Source: Escherichia coli (GTDB taxonomy: Bacteria; Pseudomonadota; Gammaproteobacteria; Enterobacterales; Enterobacteriaceae). Taken from it: 64,000 nt of DNA. Below are positions 42,972 to 58,159 of the stretch, in pieces. The notes below the pieces were generated by a model that ran no database searches, was not told the DNA's origin, and saw only the letters and a list, made by a program, of their open reading frames with translations. A program made the translations under genes and the position numbers. Position 1 is the first letter of the stretch. Every line of letters starts with the position of its first letter. Location: assembly GCF_003018235.1 (NCBI RefSeq), contig NZ_CP027437.1; one strand, 5' to 3'.

Positions 42972-43576
42972 TTACTGATGTCTTTTGCATAAATTCTCAA
43001 TCACCGTCGTCAGGTCTAGGTTCTGATCCTGCAACAGCACCAGCAGGTGATACATCAAGTCCGATGCCTCGTTGGTCAGTTCGAAGCGGTCATGTACTGT
43101 GGCGGCCAGTGCTGTTTCCACGCCTTCTTCGCCCACTTTCTGCGCAATGCGTTTGGTGCCGCTGGCATACAGTTTGGCGGTATAGGAGGTTTCCGGATCG
43201 GCAGATTTACGTTCGGCGAGCAGTTGTTCCAGTTGATACAGGAACAGCCATTGGTGAGCGGTGTCGCCGAAGCAGCTGCTGGTGCCTTTGTGGCAGGTCG
43301 GGCCGATGGGATTCGCCAGCAACAGTAACGTGTCGTTGTCGCAGTCCGGCGTAATATTTACTACGTTGAGGAAATTGCCCGACGTTTCGCCTTTGGTCCA
43401 CAGTCGCTGTTTAGTGCGCGAGAAGAAGGTGACTTTGCCGCTTTCGATGGTTTTATCTAAGGCTTCCGGGTTCATATAGCCCAGCATTAACACTTCACCG
43501 GATACCGCGTGTTGCACAATCACCGGCATAAGTCCGTCGGTTTTTTCCCAGTCCAGTTCGCGGCGTTGTTGTTCTG

Positions 43577-43583
<7 letters not shown>
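42972..43583 (-). CDS. hisI: Bifunctional phosphoribosyl-AMP cyclohydrolase / phosphoribosyl-ATP pyrophosphatase
   Basis: 203 aa, his operon order. Confidence 0.97.
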
Positions 43584-45661
<2,078 letters not shown>

Positions 45662-45662
<1 letters not shown>

Positions 45663-46728
45663 TACAGCACTCCTTTCGACGAGGGCAGGGTGTCGCCTTC
45701 CACGCGGATGGCCTGGCGCAGGGTACGACCAAAGGCTTTGAACAGGCTCTCTACACGGTGATGATCGTTTTTACCTTTGGTTTTCAGGTGTAGCGTCACG
45801 CCCATGGTGTAAGACAGCGAACGGAAGAAGTGCTCGATCATCTCGGTGCTGAGATCGCCGACGCGCTGGTAGGTAAATTCAGCTTTATATTCCAGGTGTG
45901 GGCGACCAGAGATATCCAGCGCACAGCGGGCAAGGCATTCGTCCATCGGCAGCACAAAACCAAAGCGGCAAATACCGCGTTTGTCGCCGAGGGCAATTTT
46001 TAACGCCTCGCCCAGCGCCAAACCGGTATCTTCGACGGTGTGGTGATCGTCGATATAGAGGTCGCCTTTGACATTGATTTCCATGCGGAAACCGCCGTGG
46101 GTGGCGATCTGATCCAGCATGTGATCAAAGAAGCCAACGCCGGTGTTAATCTTGCTGCCACCTTCGCGATCCAGCCACACCTGGACGTCAATTTGCGTCT
46201 CTTTGGTGTTGCGCACTACATGGGCGTAACGGTCTCGTTTAGTGAGTTGCTCGCCAATCATCGGCCAGTTCAGGGTTTCGCGGTCGTAGCGTAAACCATT
46301 AATACCCATGTTTTCAGCTAGTTGAATGTCGGTCGCGCGATCGCCAATCACATAACTGTTGGCGCGATCCATCGCTTGCTCAGCCAGATAACGCTCCACC
46401 AGTTTTACTTTCGGCTTACGGCAGTCGCACTCATCGGCGGGCAGGTGTGGGCAAATCAGCACTTCATCAAACTGCACGCCTTGTGAGATGAAGATCTGCA
46501 TCATCAGGTTGTGCGGGCCATCAAAATCCACCTGCGGGAAACTTTGTGTTCCAAGGCCATCCTGATTAGTGATCATCACCAGTTTGTAGCCCGCTTTTTG
46601 CAGCTTCAGCAGCTCCGGGATCACGCCCGGTTCAAAGGCGAGTTTGTCAAAACGGTCTACCTGAAAATCACTCGGCGGTTCGCTAATCAGGGTTCCATCG
46701 CGATCGATAAAAAGATACTTCTGACTCA

Positions 46729-46729
<1 letters not shown>
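45662..46729 (-). CDS. hisB: Bifunctional histidinol-phosphatase / imidazoleglycerol-phosphate dehydratase
   Basis: 355 aa. Confidence 0.97.
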
Positions 46730-49100
<2,371 letters not shown>

Positions 49101-49105
49101 GGCGA

Positions 49106-50005
49106 TCACTCCATCATCTTCTCAATCGGCAGGACCAGGATTGAACTGGCACCCAGCGCTTTCAGTTTTTCCATCGTTTCCCAGAACAGGGTTTCGCTGC
49201 TGACCATGTGCATCGCTACGCGTTGTTGGTCACCCGCCAGCGGCAGAATGGTTGGGCGTTCGGCACCTGGCAGCAGGGCGATGACTTCATCCAGACGTTC
49301 GGTCGGTGCGTGCATCATGATGTATTTTGATTCGCGCGCCTGGATCACGCCCTGAATACGGGTCAGCAGTTTGTCGATCAGCTGCTGTTTGGATTCTTCC
49401 ATTTCACCATCGCGCTGGATAAGGCAGGCTTTCGAGCGGTAGATAACTTCGACTTCGCGCAGGCCGTTTGCTTCCAGCGTGGCACCGGTGGAAACCAGAT
49501 CGCAAATCGCATCCGCCAGTCCGGCGCGCGGGGCGACTTCAACAGAACCGTTCAGTAAGCAGGATTTAAAAGAGATGCCTTTCTGGTCGAGATAACGCTT
49601 GAGCAGGTGAGGATAAGAGGTGGCGATACGTTTACCGTTTAAGGAGAGCGGGCCGTCCCAGGCTTCATCAACCGGCGTTGCCAGCGAAAGGCGGCAGCCG
49701 CCGAAATCCAGACGACGCAGGGTAAAGTAGCGCGGATCTTCACCCTGGGCTCGGCGGTTAAGCAGCTCTTCTTCCAGCACGTTTTCGCCGATAATCCCAA
49801 GGTCTACCACGCCGTCCATTACCAGACCGGGAATGTCGTCGTCACGCACGCGCAGAATATCAATCGGCATGTTTTCTGCCATCGCGATCAGGCGCTGGGT
49901 GTGAAGATTGATTTTAATGCCACAGCGCGCCAGCAATTCGCGTGAGTCATCACTTAAACGGCCGGATTTCTGCATAGCTATGCGTAAACGAGTGTTGTCT
50001 GTCAT
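49106..50005 (-). CDS. hisG: ATP phosphoribosyltransferase
   Basis: 299 aa from [18 protein letters not shown]; the track ORF has a 13-codon extension. Confidence 0.95.
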
Positions 50006-50053
50006 TTTCTTATTCCTCTTTAAACCTGTCTGAACCGTTATCAACCGCGCAAT

Positions 50054-50090
50054 AAAAAAGCCCCCGGAAGGTGATCTTCCGGGGGCTTTC
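50054..50090 (-). terminator. his attenuator terminator hairpin
   Basis: GC-rich inverted repeat gcccccggaag...cttccgggggc followed by a T-run on the minus strand, between hisL and hisG. Confidence 0.8.
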
Positions 50091-50150
50091 TCATGCGTTC
50101 ATGCACCACTGGAAGATCTGAATGTCTTCCAGCACACATCGCCTGAAAGA

Positions 50151-50201
50151 CTAGTCAGGATGATGGTGATGATGGTGGTGTTTAAATTGAACGCGTGTCA
50201 T
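50151..50201 (-). CDS. hisL: his operon leader peptide (seven consecutive His codons)
   Basis: Minus strand reads ATG ACA CGC GTT CAA TTT AAA CAC CAC CAT CAT CAC CAT CAT CCT GAC TAG = MTRVQFKHHHHHHHPD. Confidence 0.9.
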   Translation of the reverse strand: MTRVQFKHHHHHHHPD

Positions 50202-50446
50202 AAAAGTCTCTGTGAATGTTTATTCAACTGATGTCTTTTAACCTAAACCACTTTCACGTTAGAAAGCAAGGGCTTTTTTATATATTTTATGGCGATGGAT
50301 TTGTTTAATGAATGAGCGGGGAAAGGAGGGGGCTAAGAGGACTGTCCTCTAACCTGACGGCACCAAAAATAGCGAAGCCTGGATTTTCGTCTCACTGACA
50401 ATATCTTGATCTACAAACTAATTAATAAATAGTTAATTAACGCCCA

Positions 50447-50472
50447 TCATTGTACAATGAGCTGTACATAAG
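50447..50472 (+). promoter_or_regulatory. yefM-yoeB operator (adjacent TGTACA palindromes)
   Basis: cattgtacaatgagctgtacata immediately upstream of the yefM RBS. Confidence 0.7.
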
Positions 50473-50483
50473 AGGAGATTGAT

Positions 50484-50735
50484 ATGCGTACAATTAGCTA
50501 CAGCGAAGCGCGTCAGAATTTGTCGGCAACAATGATGAAAGCTGTTGAAGATCATGCCCCGATCCTTATTACTCGTCAGAATGGAGAGGCTTGTGTTCTG
50601 ATGTCACTCGAAGAATACAACTCGCTGGAAGAGACGGCTTATCTACTGCGTTCCCCCGCTAACGCCCGGAGATTGATGGACTCAATCGATAGCCTGAAAT
50701 CAGGCAAAGGAACGGAAAAGGACATTATTGAGTGA
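50484..50735 (+). CDS. yefM: Antitoxin YefM
   Basis: 83 aa ([45 protein letters not shown]...). Confidence 0.95.
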
Positions 50736-50986
50736 AACTAATCTGGTCTGAGGAGTCATGGGATGATTATCTGTACTGGCAGGAAACAGATAAGCGAATT
50801 GTTAAAAAGATCAATGAACTTATCAAAGATACCCGCAGAACACCATTTGAAGGTAAGGGGAAGCCAGAACCCCTGAAACATAATTTGTCAGGTTTCTGGT
50901 CCCGACGCATTACAGAGGAGCACCGTCTGGTATACGCGGTTACCGACGATTCACTGCTCATTGCAGCATGTCGTTATCATTATTGA
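50732..50986 (+). CDS. yoeB: Toxin YoeB (ribosome-dependent mRNA interferase)
   Basis: 84 aa; start overlaps yefM stop. Confidence 0.95.
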
Positions 50987-51068
50987 AGAGATTCATTCAT
51001 AGAATGAATTGTCAGTTTTGATACGCTAGCGTAGCCTTATAGATCTAAGGTGTATCAGGAGATAACGG

Positions 51069-51893
51069 ATGAAAAAGGTCGCAATTGTCGGGTTAGGGTG
51101 GTTAGGCATGCCGCTGGCGATGTCACTTTCAGCGCGAGGCTGGCAAGTCACCGGGAGTAAAACCACACAAGATGGTGTCGAAGCGGCCCGAATGAGTGGC
51201 ATTGACAGCTATCTGCTTCGCATGGAGCCTGAGTTAGTTTGCGATTCTGACGATCTGGATGCCCTGATGGATGCCGATGCGCTGGTCATTACGCTTCCGG
51301 CACGTCGTAGCGGCCCCGGCGATGAGTTCTATTTACAAGCGGTACAAGAGTTAGTGGATAGCGCGCTGGCCCATCGTATTCCCCGAATTATTTTTACCAG
51401 CTCAACGTCTGTCTATGGCGACGCGCAAGGCACGGTGAAAGAAACCACCCCGCGTAATCCGGTGACCAACAGTGGACGAGTATTAGAAGAACTCGAAGAC
51501 TGGTTGCACAATTTACCCGGTACTTCGGTCGATATTCTGCGTCTTGCGGGGCTGGTCGGACCGGGGCGTCATCCCGGACGCTTCTTTGCCGGAAAAACCG
51601 CGCCTGATGGTGAACATGGTGTTAATTTAGTCCATTTAGAAGATGTTATTGGCGCTATCACTCTGTTGTTACAGGCACCTAAAGGCGGACACATCTATAA
51701 TATATGTGCGCCAGCTCACCCTGCGCGTAATGTTTTCTATCCGCAGATGGCCCGTTTACTGGGGCTGGAACCTCCGCAGTTCAGAAATAGTCTGGACAGC
51801 GGCAAAGGTAAGATTATTGATGGCAGTCGGATTTGTAATGAACTGGGATTTGAATACCAGTATCCCGATCCGCTGGTAATGCCGCTGGAGTAA
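51069..51893 (+). CDS. yeeZ: NAD-dependent epimerase/dehydratase family protein YeeZ
   Basis: 274 aa with N-terminal Rossmann motif (VAIVGLGWLG). Confidence 0.85.
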   Translation: MKKVAIVGLGWLGMPLAMSLSARGWQVTGSKTTQDGVEAARMSGIDSYLLRMEPELVCDSDDLDALMDADALVITLPARRSGPGDEFYLQAVQELVDSALAHRIPRIIFTSSTSVYGDAQGTVKETTPRNPVTNSGRVLEELEDWLHNLPGTSVDILRLAGLVGPGRHPGRFFAGKTAPDGEHGVNLVHLEDVIGAITLLLQAPKGGHIYNICAPAHPARNVFYPQMARLLGLEPPQFRNSLDSGKGKIIDGSRICNELGFEYQYPDPLVMPLE

Positions 51894-51938
51894 ACGATCA
51901 CGCCAGCAGGACGCCGCATGCACTGCAAGGGGGCGTGT

Positions 51939-52868
51939 ATGAAACCACTGCTGGATGTGTTGATGATCCTCGATGCCTTAGAAAAAGAAGGCAGTTTTGC
52001 GGCGGCGTCGGCCAAACTCTATAAGACGCCGTCTGCTCTGAGTTACACCGTTCACAAGCTGGAAAGCGACCTTAATATTCAATTGCTTGATCGTAGCGGA
52101 CACCGTGCTAAATTCACCCGCACCGGAAAAATGTTATTAGAGAAAGGGCGGGAAGTTCTGCATACCGTGCGAGAACTGGAAAAGCAGGCTATCAAACTGC
52201 ATGAAGGCTGGGAAAACGAGCTGGTGATTGGCGTGGACGACACGTTTCCTTTTTCTCTGCTTGCGCCACTCATTGAAGCTTTCTATCAACATCATAGCGT
52301 GACGCGCCTGAAGTTTATCAATGGCGTACTCGGTGGTTCCTGGGATGCCCTGACTCAGGGGCGAGCGGATATTATTGTTGGCGCGATGCATGAGCCACCA
52401 TCTTCCAGTGAGTTTGGTTTTTCACGGTTGGGCGATCTGGAACAAGTCTTTGCGGTCGCGCCTCATCATCCGTTAGCCCTGGAAGAAGAACCGTTAAACC
52501 GTCGTATCATTAAGCGATATCGGGCGATTGTGGTGGGGGACACTGCGCAGGCCGGCGCTTCTACGGCCTCACAACTTCTCGACGAACAAGAAGCCATTAC
52601 CGTTTTCGATTTTAAAACCAAGCTGGAGCTGCAAATTAGCGGCCTCGGCTGCGGCTATTTACCCCGTTATCTGGCGCAACGTTTTCTCGATAGTGGCGCG
52701 TTAATCGAGAAGAAAGTGGTCGCCCAAACTCTTTTTGAACCCGTCTGGATTGGCTGGAACGAACAGACCGCAGGACTTGCCAGTGGCTGGTGGCGGGATG
52801 AAATTTTAGCAAATAGTGCGATCGCCGGTGTTTATGCAAAATCTGATGACGGAAAATCAGCCATTTAA
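51939..52868 (+). CDS. yeeY: LysR-family transcriptional regulator YeeY
   Basis: 309 aa from MKPLLDVLMILDAL; N-terminal HTH and LysR substrate-binding domain. Confidence 0.85.
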   Translation: MKPLLDVLMILDALEKEGSFAAASAKLYKTPSALSYTVHKLESDLNIQLLDRSGHRAKFTRTGKMLLEKGREVLHTVRELEKQAIKLHEGWENELVIGVDDTFPFSLLAPLIEAFYQHHSVTRLKFINGVLGGSWDALTQGRADIIVGAMHEPPSSSEFGFSRLGDLEQVFAVAPHHPLALEEEPLNRRIIKRYRAIVVGDTAQAGASTASQLLDEQEAITVFDFKTKLELQISGLGCGYLPRYLAQRFLDSGALIEKKVVAQTLFEPVWIGWNEQTAGLASGWWRDEILANSAIAGVYAKSDDGKSAI

Positions 52869-52949
52869 AGAAAAATTATTATGACAAGCCTCTCATTCTC
52901 TTGTCATTTCCCCCCCATTTAGGCACAATGCGCCGCTGTCAAAAAATGA

Positions 52950-52990
52950 CTAAAAACCGACGTTTCATCAGCGTCGGTTATTTTTTGCTT
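52950..52990 (+). terminator. Rho-independent terminator after yeeY
   Basis: aaaaaccgacgtttcatcagcgtcggtt followed by tattttttg. Confidence 0.6.
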
Positions 52991-53134
52991 CAAACCAATC
53001 ATTCATACCAAGAGGCCGGGCTTCGTACCGGATAGATATTTACTAAAAATCGACAGTTGTTGTCGCTGAGGAATCCAAAAAAATGGGGCAATTTTTTGCT
53101 TACGCGACGGTTATCACCGTAAAGGAGAATGACC

Positions 53135-54493
53135 ATGTCGCATAACGTTACTCCAAACACCTCTCGCGTGGAATTGCGTAAAACGCTTACGTTAGTTCCG
53201 GTTGTAATGATGGGTCTAGCCTATATGCAGCCGATGACGCTGTTTGATACTTTTGGTATCGTTTCAGGCCTCACGGATGGTCATGTGCCGACAGCCTATG
53301 CGTTCGCATTGATTGCGATCCTGTTTACGGCTCTGAGCTACGGGAAGCTGGTTCGCCGCTATCCTTCTGCTGGCTCTGCATACACTTACGCCCAGAAATC
53401 CATTAGCCCGACTGTCGGCTTTATGGTGGGTTGGTCTTCTCTGCTCGACTATCTGTTCGCGCCGATGATCAACATTCTGCTGGCGAAAATCTATTTTGAA
53501 GCTCTGGTGCCTTCCATCCCATCGTGGATGTTTGTGGTGGCGCTGGTGGCCTTTATGACCGCCTTTAACCTGCGTAGTCTGAAATCCGTAGCGAACTTCA
53601 ACACTGTAATCGTCGTGTTGCAGGTAGTGCTGATCGCGGTGATTCTGGGCATGGTTGTTTATGGCGTATTTGAAGGTGAAGGCGCGGGTACGCTGGCGAG
53701 CACTCGTCCGTTCTGGTCTGGCGATGCGCATGTTATCCCGATGATTACCGGGGCGACAATCCTGTGCTTCTCCTTTACCGGCTTTGACGGCATCAGCAAC
53801 CTGTCGGAAGAAACCAAAGATGCAGAGCGCGTGATCCCGCGTGCGATTTTCCTGACCGCGCTGATTGGCGGCATGATCTTCATCTTTGCAACTTACTTCC
53901 TCCAACTGTATTTCCCGGATATCTCTCGCTTTAAAGATCCGGATGCGTCACAGCCTGAAATCATGCTGTACGTTGCGGGTAAAGCGTTCCAGGTTGGCGC
54001 GCTGATCTTCTCCACCATTACCGTACTGGCGTCCGGTATGGCGGCGCACGCAGGCGTAGCGCGTCTGATGTACGTAATGGGTCGTGACGGCGTGTTCCCG
54101 AAAAGCTTCTTCGGTTATGTACACCCGAAATGGCGTACTCCGGCGATGAACATCATCCTGGTTGGCGCGATTGCCCTGCTGGCAATCAACTTCGACCTGG
54201 TAATGGCAACGGCGCTGATTAACTTTGGTGCGCTGGTGGCGTTCACCTTTGTTAACCTGTCGGTCATCTCGCAGTTCTGGATCCGTGAGAAGCGTAACAA
54301 GACGCTGAAAGATCACTTCCAGTATCTGTTCCTGCCGATGTGTGGTGCGCTGACCGTTGGTGCGCTGTGGGTTAACCTGGAAGAAAGCTCAATGGTTCTG
54401 GGTCTGATCTGGGCTGCTATCGGTCTGATTTACCTGGCTTGCGTAACCAAGAGCTTCCGTAACCCGGTTCCGCAGTACGAAGACGTTGCATAA
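53135..54493 (+). CDS. plaP: Putrescine importer (APC family)
   Basis: About 452 aa, twelve TM helices, APC-family amino acid/polyamine permease. Confidence 0.85.
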   Translation: MSHNVTPNTSRVELRKTLTLVPVVMMGLAYMQPMTLFDTFGIVSGLTDGHVPTAYAFALIAILFTALSYGKLVRRYPSAGSAYTYAQKSISPTVGFMVGWSSLLDYLFAPMINILLAKIYFEALVPSIPSWMFVVALVAFMTAFNLRSLKSVANFNTVIVVLQVVLIAVILGMVVYGVFEGEGAGTLASTRPFWSGDAHVIPMITGATILCFSFTGFDGISNLSEETKDAERVIPRAIFLTALIGGMIFIFATYFLQLYFPDISRFKDPDASQPEIMLYVAGKAFQVGALIFSTITVLASGMAAHAGVARLMYVMGRDGVFPKSFFGYVHPKWRTPAMNIILVGAIALLAINFDLVMATALINFGALVAFTFVNLSVISQFWIREKRNKTLKDHFQYLFLPMCGALTVGALWVNLEESSMVLGLIWAAIGLIYLACVTKSFRNPVPQYEDVA

Positions 54494-54530
54494 TCTTACA
54501 AGCCGGATGACATAATCATCCGGTAAATCT

Positions 54531-54565
54531 CAAAAAGCCGGAGTTTATCGCTCCGGTTTTTTTGT
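54531..54565. terminator. Bidirectional terminator hairpin between plaP and sbcB
   Basis: aaaaagccggagtttatcgctccggttttttt: stem flanked by A-run and T-run. Confidence 0.7.
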
Positions 54566-54566
54566 T

Positions 54567-55994
54567 TCAGACGATCTCTTCCGCGTACTGCCAAAGCGCT
54601 TTTAACAGCGCCACTTTCTCTTTGTCATCGGCATATTGTTGTGCCAGCATCTGCAATTCATCTGCATAACCCTGCAATAACTCTGGCGTGAAGACCTGGC
54701 GGCGGTGCTCCAGCCAGCGTTGCTGCTCGGCATAATCCAGCGTCCCCGGGAAGTTGCGCGCCCGATAATTGAACAACAGCTTTTCAATTCGTTTATCAAC
54801 AAAAGTGATATCCAGTGCCGGTAAATTACGCGGCTCGGTTTCAAGCACAATTTTCATTGCTGCACGATCGGCGTCACTGAAAAAGCCATTATAAAGCTGT
54901 GCATCCACGTTATCTGAAGGCGTAAACGGTTCGGCTTCCGCGAATATCGCCACCACTTTTTCACGCACTTGCGGATTTTCACGCAGAATTTTCAGGTTAT
55001 CGAGGCAATGCTGACGATTAATTCCCAGTCGGTCGGCATCTTCCGGGCGTAGCGTATTCGCCTGGGCCAGCACCGGACATTTATTGATATGTACCAGCTT
55101 AACCGGAACGGCGGCGTTATCGCCAAGATCGGTTTTTGCGGTATATAAACGCTCGCGCAATGTGTCGCTATCCAGTTCCAGTAATGGCGAAATGTCTCCT
55201 GCCAAATCCACCATAATTACGGCATTGCGATTTTCAGGATGCCACGCCAGCGGTGCCACCCAGCTGGTGTTGCCGCGCCATGCCCCAAACATTCCGGAAA
55301 CGTGCACCAGGGGTTTCATCAGCGGAACATCAATCAACGCCATCAGTTTGTGTTTATTACGATGGGTAAAGAGATAATCAAACAGGCGTGGCTGACGCGT
55401 TTTTACCAGTTTCGCCATCGCAATAGTGGCGTACACATCAGCCATCGCATCGTGGGCGTTGCTATGTTCAATACCATTCGCTTTGGTTAAATGCTCAAGG
55501 CGAAAGCTCGGTAGACCGTCATCATTTTCAGGCCAGTTTATTCCTTCCGGGCGCAGGGCATAACAGGCACGCATAACATCCAGTAAATCCCAGCGCGAGT
55601 TATCATGCTGCCAGCTCCAGGCGTAAGGATCGTAGAAATTACGATAAAAAACGTTGCGTGTGACTTCGTCGTCGAAACGCACATTGTTGTAGCCCAGAAT
55701 ACAGGTCTTCGGTACGGTAAAAAGCGAGTGAATACGGGCGGCAAATGCGGCTTCGTTTTCTCCTTTCGCCCGAGCTTCCTGCGGGGTAATACCGGTAATT
55801 AATACTGCTCCAGGCTGGGGTAAATAGTCATCCGCGGGCTTGCAGTAAAAGACTTCGGGTTCGCCGATGACATTGAATTCGCTATCGGTGCGAATGGCTG
55901 CGAACTGTGCAGGGCGATCTAACGCGGGGTGCGTGCCAAAGGTTTCGTAATCGTGAAACAAAAAGGTAGATTGTTGCTTACCGTCATTCATCAT
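54567..55994 (-). CDS. sbcB: Exodeoxyribonuclease I
   Basis: 475 aa from MMNDGKQQSTFLFHDYETFG (DEDDh exonuclease motif). Confidence 0.95.
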   Translation of the reverse strand: MMNDGKQQSTFLFHDYETFGTHPALDRPAQFAAIRTDSEFNVIGEPEVFYCKPADDYLPQPGAVLITGITPQEARAKGENEAAFAARIHSLFTVPKTCILGYNNVRFDDEVTRNVFYRNFYDPYAWSWQHDNSRWDLLDVMRACYALRPEGINWPENDDGLPSFRLEHLTKANGIEHSNAHDAMADVYATIAMAKLVKTRQPRLFDYLFTHRNKHKLMALIDVPLMKPLVHVSGMFGAWRGNTSWVAPLAWHPENRNAVIMVDLAGDISPLLELDSDTLRERLYTAKTDLGDNAAVPVKLVHINKCPVLAQANTLRPEDADRLGINRQHCLDNLKILRENPQVREKVVAIFAEAEPFTPSDNVDAQLYNGFFSDADRAAMKIVLETEPRNLPALDITFVDKRIEKLLFNYRARNFPGTLDYAEQQRWLEHRRQVFTPELLQGYADELQMLAQQYADDKEKVALLKALWQYAEEIV

Positions 55995-56196
55995 TAGGTT
56001 AAATCCGTTATTTCTGCTGTCTGCCAGAGTATCAAATATCACCGTGCTAATCAGCTTTAGCGCAACAATTTGACAGCGAGTGGCAACAGATCATGTCAGA
56101 TAAAAATGCGAGGGTAGTCACATTTTCTTGCACTTTATTCCAGCCAGTTCATAAGTATTTCCGTAAAAAGAACAGCTATTTGAAACTCCTGAGGGT

Positions 56197-57369
56197 TTGC
56201 TGTTGAAACGCCGTCTTATTATTGCTGCTTCTTTGTTCATTTTTAACTTATCGTCTGGTTTTGCGGCGGAAAACATTCCTTTTTCACCTCAGCCTCCAGA
56301 GATTCATGCCGGGTCCTGGGTATTGATGGATTACACCACCGGTCAGATTCTCACCGCGGGTAATGAGCATCAACAGCGCAATCCCGCCAGCCTGACAAAG
56401 CTGATGACGGGCTATGTCGTGGATCGCGCTATCGATAGTCATCGCATTACGCCAGACGATATTGTCACCGTGGGGCGCGATGCGTGGGCGAAAGATAATC
56501 CAGTGTTTGTCGGTTCTTCACTGATGTTTTTGAAAGAGGGCGATCGCGTATCGGTACGTGATTTAAGCCGTGGTTTAATTGTGGATTCCGGAAATGATGC
56601 TTGTGTTGCTCTGGCTGACTATATTGCCGGTGGGCAACGGCAGTTTGTTGAAATGATGAACAACTATGCCGGGAAGCTGCATCTCAAGGATACGAATTTT
56701 GAAACAGTGCATGGTCTGGATGCACCTGGCCAGCATAGCTCGGCTTATGATTTAGCCGTGCTTTCTCGCGCTATCATCCACGGCGAGCCCGAGTTTTATC
56801 ATATGTACAGTGAGAAAAGCCTCACCTGGAACGGTATCACTCAGCAAAACCGTAACGGGTTATTGTGGGATAAAACCATGAATGTTGACGGCCTGAAAAC
56901 GGGTCATACTTCTGGTGCCGGTTTTAACCTCATTGCTTCGGCTGTGGATGGGCAGCGTCGTCTCATTGCAGTGGTAATGGGGGCTGACAGTGCAAAAGGT
57001 CGTGAGGAAGAGGCAAGAAAATTACTGCGTTGGGGGCAACAAAACTTTACTACGGTGCAAATTTTTCACCGTGGGAAAAAGGTCGGAACGGAACGCATCT
57101 GGTATGGCGATAAAGAAAATATCGCCCTGGGAACGGAACAAGAGTTCTGGATGGTGCTACCGAAAGCCGAAATTCCACATATCAAAGCCAAATATACCCT
57201 TGATGGTAAAGAACTCACCGCGCCAATTAGCGCCCATCAGCGGGTAGGGGAAATTGAACTTTACGACCGTGATAAACAGGTGGCGCACTGGCCGCTGGTT
57301 ACCCTGGAATCTGTCGGGGAAGGCAGCATGTTTTCTCGCCTGAGTGATTATTTCCACCATAAGGCCTGA
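56197..57369 (+). CDS. dacD: D-alanyl-D-alanine carboxypeptidase DacD (PBP6b)
   Basis: Signal peptide, SxxK active site (ASLTKLM) and SGN motif; TTG start, exact start codon uncertain. Confidence 0.9.
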   Translation: MLLKRRLIIAASLFIFNLSSGFAAENIPFSPQPPEIHAGSWVLMDYTTGQILTAGNEHQQRNPASLTKLMTGYVVDRAIDSHRITPDDIVTVGRDAWAKDNPVFVGSSLMFLKEGDRVSVRDLSRGLIVDSGNDACVALADYIAGGQRQFVEMMNNYAGKLHLKDTNFETVHGLDAPGQHSSAYDLAVLSRAIIHGEPEFYHMYSEKSLTWNGITQQNRNGLLWDKTMNVDGLKTGHTSGAGFNLIASAVDGQRRLIAVVMGADSAKGREEEARKLLRWGQQNFTTVQIFHRGKKVGTERIWYGDKENIALGTEQEFWMVLPKAEIPHIKAKYTLDGKELTAPISAHQRVGEIELYDRDKQVAHWPLVTLESVGEGSMFSRLSDYFHHKA

Positions 57370-57487
57370 CCTTTCTTTTGCAGCAGACTGGCAGGAGTGC
57401 GAGTCTGCTTGCATAATCAACACTCATTCCTTGTGGTTTTAATATTGCAACTATACTGTATATAAAAACAGTATTAATGGAGGCGTC

Positions 57488-57961
57488 ATGAACTACGAGA
57501 TTAAGCAGGAAGATAAACGTACCGTTGCAGGTTTCCATCTCGTTGGCCCGTGGGAACAGACGGTAAAGAAAGGCTTTGAGCAGTTGATGATGTGGGTAGA
57601 TAGCAAAAATATTGTGCCGAAGGAGTGGGTTGCTGTCTATTACGACAATCCAGATGAAACACCCGCCGAAAAATTACGCTGTGACACCGTCGTGACGGTA
57701 CCGAATAACTTTACGCTCCCCGAAAACAGTGAGGGCGTCATTCTGACAGAAATTTCAGGTGGTCAGTATGCGGTGGCGGTGGCTCGTGTAGTCGGTGATG
57801 ATTTTGCTAAACCCTGGTATCAGTTCTTTAATAGCCTCTTGCAAGACAGTGCTTATGAAATGTTACCAAAGCCCTGTTTTGAGGTTTATTTGAACAATGG
57901 CGCGGAAGATGGGTACTGGGATATCGAAATGTATGTTGCGGTGCAGCCAAAACATCACTAA
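57488..57961 (+). CDS. sbmC: DNA gyrase inhibitor SbmC (GyrI)
   Basis: 157 aa ([26 protein letters not shown]...). Confidence 0.9.
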   Translation: MNYEIKQEDKRTVAGFHLVGPWEQTVKKGFEQLMMWVDSKNIVPKEWVAVYYDNPDETPAEKLRCDTVVTVPNNFTLPENSEGVILTEISGGQYAVAVARVVGDDFAKPWYQFFNSLLQDSAYEMLPKPCFEVYLNNGAEDGYWDIEMYVAVQPKHH

Positions 57962-58159
57962 TTCATCTCAGGGCGGTGTGTTAACGCGATGACCACTCTT
58001 TTTTTTGAAAGCGAAAAGAGTAAGATGCGCCTTTCAATTTTTTCGCTCCTGCCGGGAAATTACACTGTTCCCGGTTTGTCCGTCGGATAATTCAGAGGCG
58101 CGCCTTCTGGCCGACAGATGAGTTATGAGCGCTTTTAATCTTCATTACGGAGTTTCTGC

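Noticed and set aside
50151-50201. Run of seven histidine codons as an engineered His-tag
   Set aside because: It is the native his leader peptide, followed by the attenuator hairpin and hisG.
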